Shown: piece after piece, positions 1 to 10,960 of the stretch | How the letters are laid out: each line of letters starts with the position of its first letter | Numbering within the stretch: the stretch's first letter is position 1 | DNA from: Curvularia clavata | Lineage: Eukaryota | NCBI GenBank assembly: GCA_023920165.1 | Contig: CP089278.1 | Coordinates: forward strand, 2,232,001 to 2,296,000 | Direction: 5' to 3' | Length of the DNA stretch: 64,000 nucleotides | The notes under the pieces: generated by a model | The model's database searches: none | Told to the model about the DNA's origin: nothing | The model's input: the letters and a program-made list of their open reading frames with translations, nothing else | Made by a program: the position numbers and the translations under genes

Positions 1-1698
1 GACCAGAAGCAGTTGTATGCTGTCATATCTCGCCAGTTGTTGAAATGGTAGATTGGACGTATAGGACTGTCCCTTTCACAAGGTTGCCTCTCCGAGGCAA
101 CATTCCCGTTTCTGAGTTTCGCTTCCATGTGTTGGCCCAAGCAGCGAAGGGCGTCTTTGAGGCCCCGCACCTTATGTAGCAAGGCCGCACGTGCAGGTTC
201 GTATGGGTAGGTATACGAAGTCGGGTTGGCTGGATATGGCGCATCGACGGGCTGTATCTCATCCATGAATTCCGTTTCATCGAAAGAGCCGGATGAAAAG
301 TCGAGTGATGGTGGTGTTTCAGTAGATTTGTGTGAGCTACTACTGGAGTCCAAATTGAGACCTGCAGTGCGAGAAAGTTGGAAGACACGTTGATCGCCTA
401 GCTCTTTGAGCTCGTTGAAGATACCTGGCAGTTCTGCCATGTGTTGCATCAAGTCGGTGTTCAGGCAGTCGTCGAATCCGAGCCCCGTCTTGTCAAAAGC
501 TATCTCTCGCCAACCCGGCGAAGCAAGAAAGCACGGTTTGCGTTCGTACATACAAGTGATGATCTGTTCACACATTAGCTGAGAACAGACGTTTCCTTTT
601 GGCCTGAGCTGCGTGGTGAGACAGCTCTCCTCGTAGGTAACGGGAATCGACCTACAATTCCGCCTCGATTGAAGCGTAGCATCTCCTTTGTGAAGGAATC
701 CTGGTATCTTCCCGGGCCTTGCAGTTCCATCAGACGTCCAGCGCCTCCTACGTGGGTCAGATACCGATTGCCTGTCCTCGGGCCTGCGAATGCCTGATGA
801 TGTAAGTATGCCTGTAAAGTTGAAATGTGATCAAGCAAGCCTCACCTCTACCAGGCCCAGAAGAACCGATGCACAGAGTGTCTCAGGTGACAAGCCGAGT
901 TGTGGATGTTCAAGGCATGTCTGCAGAGTCTTGATGGCGCGGATATACAGCTCCGGGGAAACAATCTCATTTGCCGTCTTCTTGTAGACCAAGGATGAAT
1001 GGACATTGACGAGTACAGTGACGGCTGCGTCAAGCGCAGGATTGTGCCCGATTCTGGCCGGAACTTCTTGAATGAAGGAGCCAAAGACGGACATGCGATG
1101 CCCAGCGCTTCCAGTTCTCGTAGCTGCAATCAAGGCGTGGGCGAGCTGTTGATCATGCGATTGCGAGGGGTGCCTCAGCAAAGGTGACTTTGGCGGGCTG
1201 GCAGATATTGACCGCGGGGACCTTTTGCGAGGGGTTGAACCGCTTTGCGAAATCCTGAACTTGTGGACAACGGAGCCATTTTCTGCGAATTTCTCGTTGA
1301 GTTGGGTCAAGTGATTGTTTTGTTGTTCTGTGGCTTGTGTGTGAATATCAGACTTTATTTTGGACTCGGGACGGCCCACCCGTTGATGCGCTGGCGTCGT
1401 CGGCCGCCAACCTTGTAGTAGAGGTGGTATTAAATCGAGGGCCGAGATCTCTGAACGTGTGTCGCGCTGGCGGGCCCGGACAGGACTTGCCGTTCTTTTT
1501 GCAGTTCAGGCAAGCTGGCCAGGATTCGTCTTGTTCACCATCAGCCAGGGTGCTCGAGTCGCGCCCAAGCCATGGAGCTAGCCTTACCGCACTCTAACAA
1601 GAGTCAGAACCAGACGGCGCGGTAGAGGAATCCGGCGACTTACTAATTTTCCTTTTCCGGCAGATGAGGCACCCCGTGCTTTTGGGGACGCCGACCAT
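1..1698 (-). CDS. Zn2Cys6 fungal transcription factor (runs off the left edge; multi-exon)
   Basis: ATG at 1698. Exons 1644-1698, 1588-1593 and 1529 downward splice to MVGVPKSTG-CLICRKRKIKCDESWPACLNCKKNGKSC, a complete C6 binuclear cluster. Later exons (ORFs 831-1379, 575-838 and beyond) resemble a fungal TF middle region. Confidence 0.88.
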
Positions 1699-2313
1699 GG
1701 TTCGCAGTAGGCGCACCAGCAGAGAAGGGTTGACACAGCGTGTCAGTAGTCTGGAGAGTGCGTGGTGGGCTGGGGCCGTGGAATTGACAAGAACATGGGA
1801 GGCTGCATTCAGATCAGAGGCTTCGCAGTCGACGCATATGAGGCGCCATTTGGCCGTTGGACGATGCTGTGGATGAAGTATGCGGGATGTCCGCCTCTGC
1901 TACGCTTCTTGGACAAGCTTCCACATTGTGGCTGCGGACAGGGCTTAGTGCTGCAGGGCTGGGTTTTCACATCCCGGACTGGCGGTGGGCGTTTGGCTGG
2001 ATATGAAGCGTGCCGGCTCACGTGTTCGCAGCATGCAACTCAAGCGGGCTAGGCCTGACGCGTAAACCACCGAGGGGCCCACGATTGGCCAAGTTGGATA
2101 TGACGTTGGGATACCGAGCGTAGGTTCGGGTGCGTGGTGAATGCCAGCGGTGCCGGTCAGATGGCCGGGCCAAAGTATGCGACAACCACTGGGGATACAC
2201 CAAAGAGGGACCAACTGCAAGGGCGGCGCCCCGCGGCCAAGCCCCTAACCACCACGAGGCTCCCTCCGTCTTCAAAGCCTCGATACTTTCTCCTTCTGAC
2301 CACTCGGCCGCCC

Positions 2314-2334
2314 CGTGGCTCGTGGCTCGTGGCT
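2314..2334. repeat. Heptamer tandem repeat (CGTGGCT)x3
   Basis: Visible as cgtggct-cgtggct-cgtggct; another ccccgtggct copy lies near 2375. Confidence 0.8.
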
Positions 2335-2701
2335 CGAATCCACCATCGTCTACATTGCGAGCCGCAGCACGTCGCCCCGTGGCTAGCTCCTCCACCCCAC
2401 CCCATCACCGCCTCTTCCCGCTCACACTGTCGATATAGGCTACCATGGAATTGTTAGCACCCATGCGCCATTCGCTCGGGGATATATGTAGCTTGATGGC
2501 TAACGGCCACTCACCGTTCCCACCTTCTCTTCCTTTACCGACGGACATTCCGGCGCGCCACAGACGCAACCGACATGATGTAAGAGAAGCCTTAGCTGTC
2601 GCTGGTAGGGCTGATCAGACTACTCTATCTGCAGCTCATGTAACCCTGCCACCGAATGCGTGTCTATTTCTGCTTCGTGCATCGCATACCAGCAACCATC
2701 G

Positions 2702-2723
2702 GTGTGTGTGTGTGTGTGTGTGT
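2702..2723. repeat. (GT)11 microsatellite
   Basis: Direct reading of the sequence. Confidence 0.95.
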
Positions 2724-3634
2724 ATGTGGGTGCTGAAGCCAAGGAAAATGCTAGCTATTGGCAATCATGACCTGGCTTTACAAATCACTACCATTGCTTA
2801 CCTCATAATTCCCTATGCTGCCAGCCCAACTAACAAACAACGCTCGTCATCTCAAAATTCCATCTGCTCTGCCCCTCCCTTCCACGGGTATGCCGTGGCC
2901 AAGCTTGATCGCAGCCATCATCTCGGATATAACACTTCATATCCTTGCTCTACATAGCCATACTAGCAATCAATATAAAAACTTAGCCATATCAGGTCAA
3001 TGTGCTTGGAAGGGCCGATTCCGACTGATGACAGCCTGGCACCATTGTCTGCACTGGTTGCATTCCGACTTCAGTCCGGCTATCGACTAACATCCATGTC
3101 TTACACCTGGCCATTACCGACTGCACTGCCCTGGCACTTCGCCATGGAATTAGCGCCAAAGGAATAAGCTTGCTGACCCCCTTCGAACCCTCCAGCCAAT
3201 ACTTTCTGTCCGGTAGTTGCGGCGTATGGTAGGCTAAGATAAAGGGGCTTGATCAAACTACAGCCATGACTTGTACCACCCACCCGCATATTACTTCCCC
3301 ATGACACTATTCCCACGTTTGCTTTGTCTGGTTTTCCCTGTAAACTTGCTATATTCATTCAACTATGTCGTCTCGATACCAAACAAAGTAATTAATACAA
3401 GTCTCTGGAATGGTCAACTGGGTATCATAACACATCGACCAGTCGATACTATGCATAAGTGTACCGCAACAGACCCTCGTAACCTGTGCCCAATGTGCCG
3501 GTCTCGCTTCCTAGCTTCAACCGAAAGACTCACAAGAAACATATCTCGAGCCGAGCCCTCATCTCGATCAATCGGATCCACATGCGTCATCCATCTCGTC
3601 GGTGGCGTTGATCAGCAGCTCAAGCCCTTCGTGC

Positions 3635-5815
3635 TTATTCTTCCAAATCATTCTCCTCGTCCTTCTCAACCTTCCCCTTGGCAGCCTTCTTGCTCTTCGG
3701 CTTCGCATCCTTGATACTCTTCCTTTGCACTTGATCGCCAACACGTTCGCGTTCAGCAGCACCCTCTTCTTGAAGTTGTGCACTTAGTGTCTTGAACTCT
3801 TCAGAATTCACACTCATACCAACGAGACTCTCCAGCATCTTGATCTCACGCGCCCACACGCCCTTATCCTCCATCTTCTTGCCATTCTTGTCGATGATGT
3901 CAATAGGCGTTTCGAGAACCATTGGAAGACCGTGAAAGCGTTCATCATTCATCAAGTTGTGGAAGGATTCAAGCCCAAGATAACCAGTACCAATGCGGGC
4001 ATGGAGGTCGCGATGGCTGGATAAAGGGGCTTTGCTATCGTTAACATGGAAGGCCTTGAGATACTCTAGGCCAATCTCCTCGTCAAATTGTTTCATGGTC
4101 TCGGCATACGCTTCAGGTGTGCGGAGGTCATAGCCAGCAGCGAAGACGTGGCAGGTGTCCAAGCAAACACCTACGCGACTCTTATCGTCAACTAGCTTGA
4201 TAATGGCTGCAAGGTCAGAGAACGTTCCGCCAATCGTATTGCCCAAGGTCGCCATGGTCTCAAGAACAGTGACGACTTTGCCCGTCTCTGGGTCTGCATG
4301 GGCTCTGTTGAGGTTCTCTGCAATGATTCGGATACCTTCCTCATGCGTGGTTGCATTGGCATTGCCGGGATGAAAGTTGTAGTACCGAATGCCAAGGCGA
4401 TGGCATCGCGTGAGGTCGTTCAGGAAAGAATCATAGGCTTGCTTTTTACGTGCAGGGTCTGGGTGTGCAAGGTTAACCAGGTAAGAGCCGTGAGGCAAGC
4501 AACACTCTGCAGCGTCGATGCTATGATCTTTGCACCACTGCACAAAGAACTGAGCATGCTCTGGATCCATGTCCACTGTCTCCCATTTGCGTTGGTTTTT
4601 CATGAACATGGCGAAGGCATTGCCACTGGTAGAGTCAGCTCTGTTCAAATAGCAAACATGCCCTCAGAGAGCAGAACTCCCAGAGCGTCAAAAGTACTGA
4701 GCTTACCCAATATGGACGACGTTGAGAATAGCATTGTGTACACCTGAAAACCCCGCAAGATCCGTATTAGCTCACATTCAGATGAAACGACAGATAAAAC
4801 TTAGCCACAACTGACCTCCAGCAATGCTGACATGAGCGCCAACTCGCAGCTTAATATCCTTGGTACGTTCTGCAATGGGCGGCAGAACTTTCACTGGCTT
4901 GGCCTTGGACTTTGTCACCTTCTTCGGCTTAGCTTCACCGTCATCGACTTTCTTTGTATTTTTAGTAGTCTTTTTAGATGGAGCCTTCGTCTTGTTGACA
5001 ATCTTGACATCCTCTTCCTCTTCACTGTCAACCGTGGTTTCCTCGACAACAGTTTTCTTTGTAGAGACACGCTTTGACTCTGACGATAGCTTGACATCCC
5101 CGACGGTTTCTTCGGCAACTATCTCTTCGTCTGTTTCCAATTCGACTTTAACTTTTTTGGCCGCACGTCTCTTAGGCCGAGGCGACTCAGTGGCGACTGC
5201 CATGCTATCCTCCGCCCCGGTCTGTCGAACGGCAATCCCTTTTGTACGCGAGATTACCTCTGCCTTTCTCTTCTTACTGATAGTTTCAGGCTTGTTTGCA
5301 ATAGGCGAAACATGTGAATTTGAATGAGTGTCTTCACGCGGCTTAGCCATATTGTGTGCTGCAAGGTTGTCGATCGTGGTCGTAGTTCGTGAGCTAGCCG
5401 AGGCTGACAATATGTTGGAGAAAGGAGCACAGGACTGCTTGCGGTCTTCAGAAGAGGATTTGTTTGCGCAGACCAAGGAAGTGGAGGACAGTGAGCGATG
5501 GTGGCGAAGATAAGAGAAATTACTCGATGTGCTCCTGATGGCACTTGTACTCCAATTTCCCGATGTTCGGAATGATTGGACGGCACCTAGTAGTGAAGAA
5601 GCCGATCTTGTCCCGTCGTACAAAGGTACACGTTGGTGGTGGTGTAAAAAGGGATTGTAGAGCGTGTGGTGGCTGTTTCGTGACAAGGCGCAATAGGAGC
5701 GCTCCTTCAAATATGTATAATTCAGGAGAGAGCGATCGTGGGCAAAGACCCCAAAAGATTGACGGCGCAGGAAAGAAGAAATAAAACTCGAAATTCTGGA
5801 AAGTCGTTTTTTCAT
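3635..5815 (-). CDS. APN1: AP endonuclease (endonuclease IV family); start at 5815 or 5350
   Basis: Motifs GAHVSIAGG, PHGSYLVNLA, YNFHPG, VLETMA, GVCLDTCHVFAAGYD, HVNDSK, DLHARIG and VLETP. Two introns lie between ~4627 and 4815. Lys-rich segments flank the catalytic domain. Confidence 0.95.
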
Positions 5816-5888
5816 GCAAAGGCAATCAAAGATTCGAAGAATTGATGCGCTGTGGAATGAAGGAAGAACCAGACGTCACTGACGGGCG

Positions 5889-5894
5889 ACGCGT
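5889..5894. promoter_or_regulatory. MCB-like element ACGCGT in the APN1/DIM1 divergent promoter
   Basis: ACGCGT followed by a second AACGCG at ~5900; function is inferred from the yeast MBF consensus. Confidence 0.35.
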
Positions 5895-6138
5895 TCAGAA
5901 ACGCGAGCTCACATGTCTGGCTTAACCCCGCGTTAAGTCCGCAACACCCAAAAAATTATCCCCACATCCAGCAGCCGACACCAACTTGTCGCCAGCAGCA
6001 CCACGCCCTTGCATCCAGTAGGAACAGCCGTTAAAGCAGTCGGACTGGCTCAGATATATTTTCACGGCTATCTGTGACCCGCTGCGATCGTCGTAACACT
6101 CACAGAAGAGCCTCCGGAACCTACCCACCTCCACCAAG

Positions 6139-7290
6139 ATGCCTAAAGCAAAGCAAAAACGAAGCAAAGCCGCCGACAACAATGCCTCGCCCTACACGAA
6201 GCCAACATCGGCGAAAGCCGCAGCCGCACATTCGATTTTCAAAATGGACAAGGACCTCGGTCAGCATATCCTCAAAAACCCTGGTGTCGCAACTGCGATT
6301 GTGCAAAAAGCGCATTTGAAGCAAAGCGACCACGTCCTTGAAGTCGGTCCTGGTACCGGCAACCTTACAGTCCTGATACTCAAGGCAGTGAAGCAAGTCA
6401 CAGCCGTGGAAATGGATCCGCGAATGGCTGCAGAATTGACAAAGCGAGTACAAGGCACACCTGAAGAAAAGAGGCTTACAATACGACTGGGCGATGTGAT
6501 CAAGGCTGAACTACCACGATTCGACGTGTGTATCAGTAATACTCCATACCAGATTAGTTCGCCGTTGGTCTTCAAACTGTTGGCACTACAACATCCACCG
6601 CGCTGCTGCGTACTCATGTTCCAGCGCGAATTCGCCATGCGCTTGTTCGCCCGACCAGGCGAAAAGCTCTACTCCCGCCTTTCTGTTAACGTGCAAATGT
6701 GGTCCAAAGTCTCGCACGTCATGAAAGTCGGTCGCAACAACTTCAACCCGCCCCCACAAGTCGAAAGCAACGTTGTACGCATCGAACCTAAAAACCCACG
6801 CCCACAAATCGCATACGAAGAGTGGGATGGCTTGCTTCGTATCTGCTTCGTCCGTAAGAACAGGACTCTGCGTGCGAGTTTCATGGGTACTGCAGCTGTG
6901 CTTGAGCTTCTTACTAGCAACTATCGTCTTTACTGCGCACAAAACGACATTCCCGTTGACGATTCTCCCCTCGATCCTAGTGAAATCGCCGCGGCAGAAG
7001 AGGCCGAAACGATGGATGTGGATGACGAATTCAAGGGTTTCTCTGATCCTGATGAGCCAGACGACGAGCTCCCTGATTTCTTCAAGCAGCTGCAGGCAGA
7101 AAACAAGAAGAACAGAAATGGTGCGAACCGCAAGCGCAAGGGCAGACTGGCGGAACTTGTGAGGGAGAAGGTCAGGAAGGTGCTAGAAGATGAGACGCAG
7201 CTAGCAGACAAGCGAGCGAGGCTGTGTGACGAGGGTGACTTCCTGAAGTTATTGTATGCGTTTAACCAGGAGGGCATACATTTTAGCTAA
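6139..7290 (+). CDS. DIM1: 18S rRNA dimethyladenosine transferase
   Basis: [18 protein letters not shown] (SAM-binding), [18 protein letters not shown] and YSRLSVN motifs; intronless 383 aa. Confidence 0.97.
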   Translation: MPKAKQKRSKAADNNASPYTKPTSAKAAAAHSIFKMDKDLGQHILKNPGVATAIVQKAHLKQSDHVLEVGPGTGNLTVLILKAVKQVTAVEMDPRMAAELTKRVQGTPEEKRLTIRLGDVIKAELPRFDVCISNTPYQISSPLVFKLLALQHPPRCCVLMFQREFAMRLFARPGEKLYSRLSVNVQMWSKVSHVMKVGRNNFNPPPQVESNVVRIEPKNPRPQIAYEEWDGLLRICFVRKNRTLRASFMGTAAVLELLTSNYRLYCAQNDIPVDDSPLDPSEIAAAEEAETMDVDDEFKGFSDPDEPDDELPDFFKQLQAENKKNRNGANRKRKGRLAELVREKVRKVLEDETQLADKRARLCDEGDFLKLLYAFNQEGIHFS

Positions 7291-7605
7291 GCAAGGAGGG
7301 ACAAAATCTGTCGTGGAAGAGCTATTAGGTGGCATTGCATGGCGTTTCGGGATGCTTTCGTAAAGCACAATGGCGTTCTTTGGGGGGTTTTATACCTGAA
7401 CGAAAAGAAAGGCATGGCCTGGGTGTTGATGTTCGAAGGCAATACATAACCTTGCGTTGATACGGGCCAAAAAAGAGTGTGATAGGATTACTCTGTATGT
7501 GAGATACAGAATGGGGGTATCTAAAATTGCTTATTTTACGGCTTCCAATGCTTCTCTCTCGTCTCTCCATTCATGTTTTTATCCTCTCGACACATTGGCT
7601 TCCGC

Positions 7606-8976
7606 TCATGTCTCAGCAAAAGTATTTGGAGGCAAAGTATCATGACCATAGTCATTACTATCCTCTCGTCTGATACCATTATCAACCACTGTTTCTTCGT
7701 GTCCATTTGTCCTATTTCCTTCCTCGTTTCCTGCTCTTTCTTTTGGTCTCCACAACCTCACAGTACGATCAAGCCCCGCGCTCGCGATCAGCTTCTCCGT
7801 TGGATGCGTATGGACACTCAACACAGCATCTGTGTGGCCTTCAAGTCGTTGAAGCACGTTCTTGCTACTCACGTCCCAGAGGACGACGGTATTATCCTCG
7901 CTGCCAGACGCTATGAAGGCGTATTCCTGTCCAGCCTCGCGGTCACCATATGTGCCAAACGTCCCCAAAAGCGAATATTTTTTGTTGGTGTGCCCTTGAT
8001 ATGTCTTTACACATTTGCCTTTTCCCTCAATGTAGTTCCACAGACGGATACAAGAATCTAGCGTCCAGGCCAGGATGTACTTTCCGTTGGGCGAAAATAT
8101 GACAGATGACACGGGCGCATTATCTTCATGGACGAGGGTGCGGAGGCACTGACCGGTCGCTGTGTCCCAGACACGGATCAGACCGTCGTGTGAGCAGGAG
8201 ACAATGAGCGTACCATCACGAACGAAATCGACGCCACCGACTGGGTCACTGTGTGCGGGTAGGGAGCGCATAACTCGAGCGGCGCGCACATCCCAAAGGT
8301 ACACGGCTTCATCATACGAGCCAGAGACAAGCATGTTGCCCTTTGGGCTAAACGCAATGCTGTATATGTAGTTGTGATGCCCGATGAACGGGGTGGGATG
8401 TGCCAGCCCAGTTGCTGTATCCCAAAGTCGGATACCCTTGTCGTCTGAGCCGCTCGCGAGAAGCTTGGAATCTAGGGACCAGCATATTGTGCTAACACCG
8501 GCGAGATGGCCCTCGAGTGTGTGTTCGAGCTCGCCGGTTTTGGCATCCCAGATCTTGACAGTGCAGTCGGCAGATGCAGTAGCAAGCCATCGGCCGTCTG
8601 GAGAGAATTTGACACAGGTGATGCCTCTTTTGTGACCGCGCAGGATAAGTGTGGGGGAATAGTTCAAAGAGGTCGGTTTCGACGGTGGCGGAGGGGTGCG
8701 TCGTCGTCGGTTTGGTGATGAAGAGCTCGAGCGTGGTGAATGCGACCTTGATCGCGAATACGATCGCCTTCGGTCCCGGTCCCGGCCCCTATACTCCCGT
8801 TGCTCGTCGTCACTGTTGTCTCTGCTATACCGGCGCGCAGGCCGTTCTGCCAGACTGTAGCTCGGAGAGACATTGTGTGGTGTGTGAGAGGCAGAGCGTT
8901 TGCACGGTCGTTCTTCGTCGTATCTTTCCTCACTTTCGTGCCGTCGTTTAGGCGAGGGAGATGGTGTGCCGTCCAT
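7606..8976 (-). CDS. SWD3: WDR5/Swd3-like WD40 protein (COMPASS subunit) with an RS-rich N-terminus
   Basis: Seven GH...WD repeats with WDR5-typical segments (SLPAHSDPVGGVDF, TGQCLRTLV, CVKTYQGHTNKKYS). Confidence 0.85.
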   Translation of the reverse strand: MDGTPSPSPKRRHESEERYDEERPCKRSASHTPHNVSPSYSLAERPARRYSRDNSDDEQREYRGRDRDRRRSYSRSRSHSPRSSSSSPNRRRRTPPPPSKPTSLNYSPTLILRGHKRGITCVKFSPDGRWLATASADCTVKIWDAKTGELEHTLEGHLAGVSTICWSLDSKLLASGSDDKGIRLWDTATGLAHPTPFIGHHNYIYSIAFSPKGNMLVSGSYDEAVYLWDVRAARVMRSLPAHSDPVGGVDFVRDGTLIVSCSHDGLIRVWDTATGQCLRTLVHEDNAPVSSVIFSPNGKYILAWTLDSCIRLWNYIEGKGKCVKTYQGHTNKKYSLLGTFGTYGDREAGQEYAFIASGSEDNTVVLWDVSSKNVLQRLEGHTDAVLSVHTHPTEKLIASAGLDRTVRLWRPKERAGNEEGNRTNGHEETVVDNGIRREDSNDYGHDTLPPNTFAET

Positions 8977-9153
8977 TGTTGAATGTGGAGTAGCCAGTTG
9001 CTTTGTGTTGGATTGGGAAAACGCGACGGATCGGCGATATTAGCTTAGCGCGCAGGCGGTAAGGAGCACCCCTGCAGCGTCCCAGGAACTATTTCCCCAG
9101 TTGCATCATTGCATTCACTGTCGTCTAATCTTTGTTCAAACTGGGCACCCACC

Positions 9154-10645
9154 ATGACTTCCGAGGCTCCTCACCCGCCTTCGAACATTCGCATTCTCTC
9201 ACTCAACTGCTGGGGCCTCAAGTTCATTTCCAAGCTCCGCAACGAACGTCTTACCGAAATCGGTGTTCAGATCGCCGCGGCGAACCCACAGCCAGATATC
9301 GTCGGCCTGCAGGAGTGCTGGACACAGGAAGACTACCATGCGATTCGCGAAAAGACCAAACATATCCTTCCTTATGGAAAGTTTTACCACAGTGGCATCT
9401 TTGGTGGCGGCCTAGTGATATTGTCACGATGGCCCATCATCGAGAGCAACATGGTCCGGTATCCATTGAACGGACGGCCAGCTGCATTTTATCGAGGCGA
9501 TTGGTTTGTTGGCAAAGGTGTAGCGTGTGCCAAAATACAAATGGGGCCTTCGCAAAGAGATATAGCAGAAGTCTTCTGTACACATGTCTGCCTCCCATCA
9601 CTTTCATGGATATCTGGAATGCACACACTGACAGGAGTAGCTCCACGCCCCTTATGAACGCGAACCCCACGACTCCTATATCTGCCACCGAACAGCCCAA
9701 GCATGGGAAATCACAAAACTCATGCGGGCAGCCGCTGAGCGCGGACATCTTGTCATCGGCATGGGCGACTTCAACATGATTCCTCTTTCCCTCGCACACC
9801 GCATAATAGAAACGCATTCACCAGTCCGTGATGTGTGGCGCATACTGCATCCCGAGTCTTCAATTGGCGCAGCAAGGGACGAGGTCGAACAGCGTCGATG
9901 CGTACCAATGCCGTCTGCTGAATTCAACGTTACTGTGAACGGAGCTACATGTGACAGCGAATTCAATTCCTGGCGGTGGAACAAAGGGCAACAGAGGCGT
10001 CTTGCCAAGGGCGAGAATGTGCAGATAGATCCTGCCGTTGAGGATCCTAACGCAAAGCGGCTGGACTATATCTTTTTCAGCAGCGGAAGAATTCACAACC
10101 CAGAGACAAAGGACGAGGTTGCTGAGTGGGAGCTGAAGGAAGCGAATGTGGGCATGACAATGCGACATCCTACATTGCATTGCTCTCTCAGTGACCACTT
10201 CTCTGTGGAGGCGACATTGACGAGGACTCCGACCGCGCCGGCGGCCGTCCCGCTCTCTCCTTGGGCTCTGCCCGAGCGCTATCTGCCAATTGAAACCTAC
10301 GACGAGATCCTAGCCACGACACTCAAGTACCAGGTTCGAGAGCGAGTGCAGCGCAAACTACGCATAGGGCACTTCTTCTACCAGCTATCTATGTCTATTG
10401 GATGTCTGATTGGTGTATGGTGGTCACCGAAGAACTATGTCGCTTTCATTCTGATGCTGTTGAGCACCCTGGGACTCAGTGTCGGCGTCATAGATGGGTT
10501 GATGGGACTCTTGTTCGTTGGTAGCGAGCTCAGGGCACTCAAGGAGTTTGAGTGGGAGGTGAGGAATGCTCGAGAAAGAGCATTGAAGGCAGCATCCAAA
10601 AAGACAACGTCCGAGGATAGTCAGATGTCGAACGCGTCAGAGTAA
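9154..10645 (+). CDS. ISC1: Inositol phosphosphingolipid phospholipase C / neutral sphingomyelinase
   Basis: LSLNCWGLK, LQECW, DWFVGKG, spliced TH-LHAPY (intron ~9586-9640), GDFN, RLDYIF and SDHF motifs, with two C-terminal TM helices. Confidence 0.93.
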
Positions 10646-10960
10646 AAATATGAGATAGATATATGGAAATATTATGGTTGCAACGCCGCTGTCCATTTGC
10701 TCCAAGTGTTGGGAAAGACGCGTGCACGTGCTGTTGTATAGACGCGCGACACTTGAGTGGTGGCTTGGCTCTTCAATGAAGCACGACTTCAAACCTCATC
10801 CTTCCAGCCACCATACTTCCTACGCAAGCCCCATCTCTCCGCGCGCACGCTTGTCAAATCGCCATAAGCACGCGATCCAGTCCATCGTTACCACCCCGGT
10901 CGCATCTCGTACATAGCTCAAAAGGCTTTGATCGCGGTTCGGAAGTCCGCAGCCCTCACG

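Noticed and set aside
1700..3000. Many overlapping 60-170 aa ORFs upstream of the Zn2Cys6 gene
   Set aside because: GC-rich promoter sequence and microsatellite read-through; no recognisable domains.
3101..3358. Short ORF containing VGIVSWG, resembling the trypsin C-terminal motif
   Set aside because: No GDSGGP, catalytic His/Asp motifs or following Gly-Cys; most likely chance.
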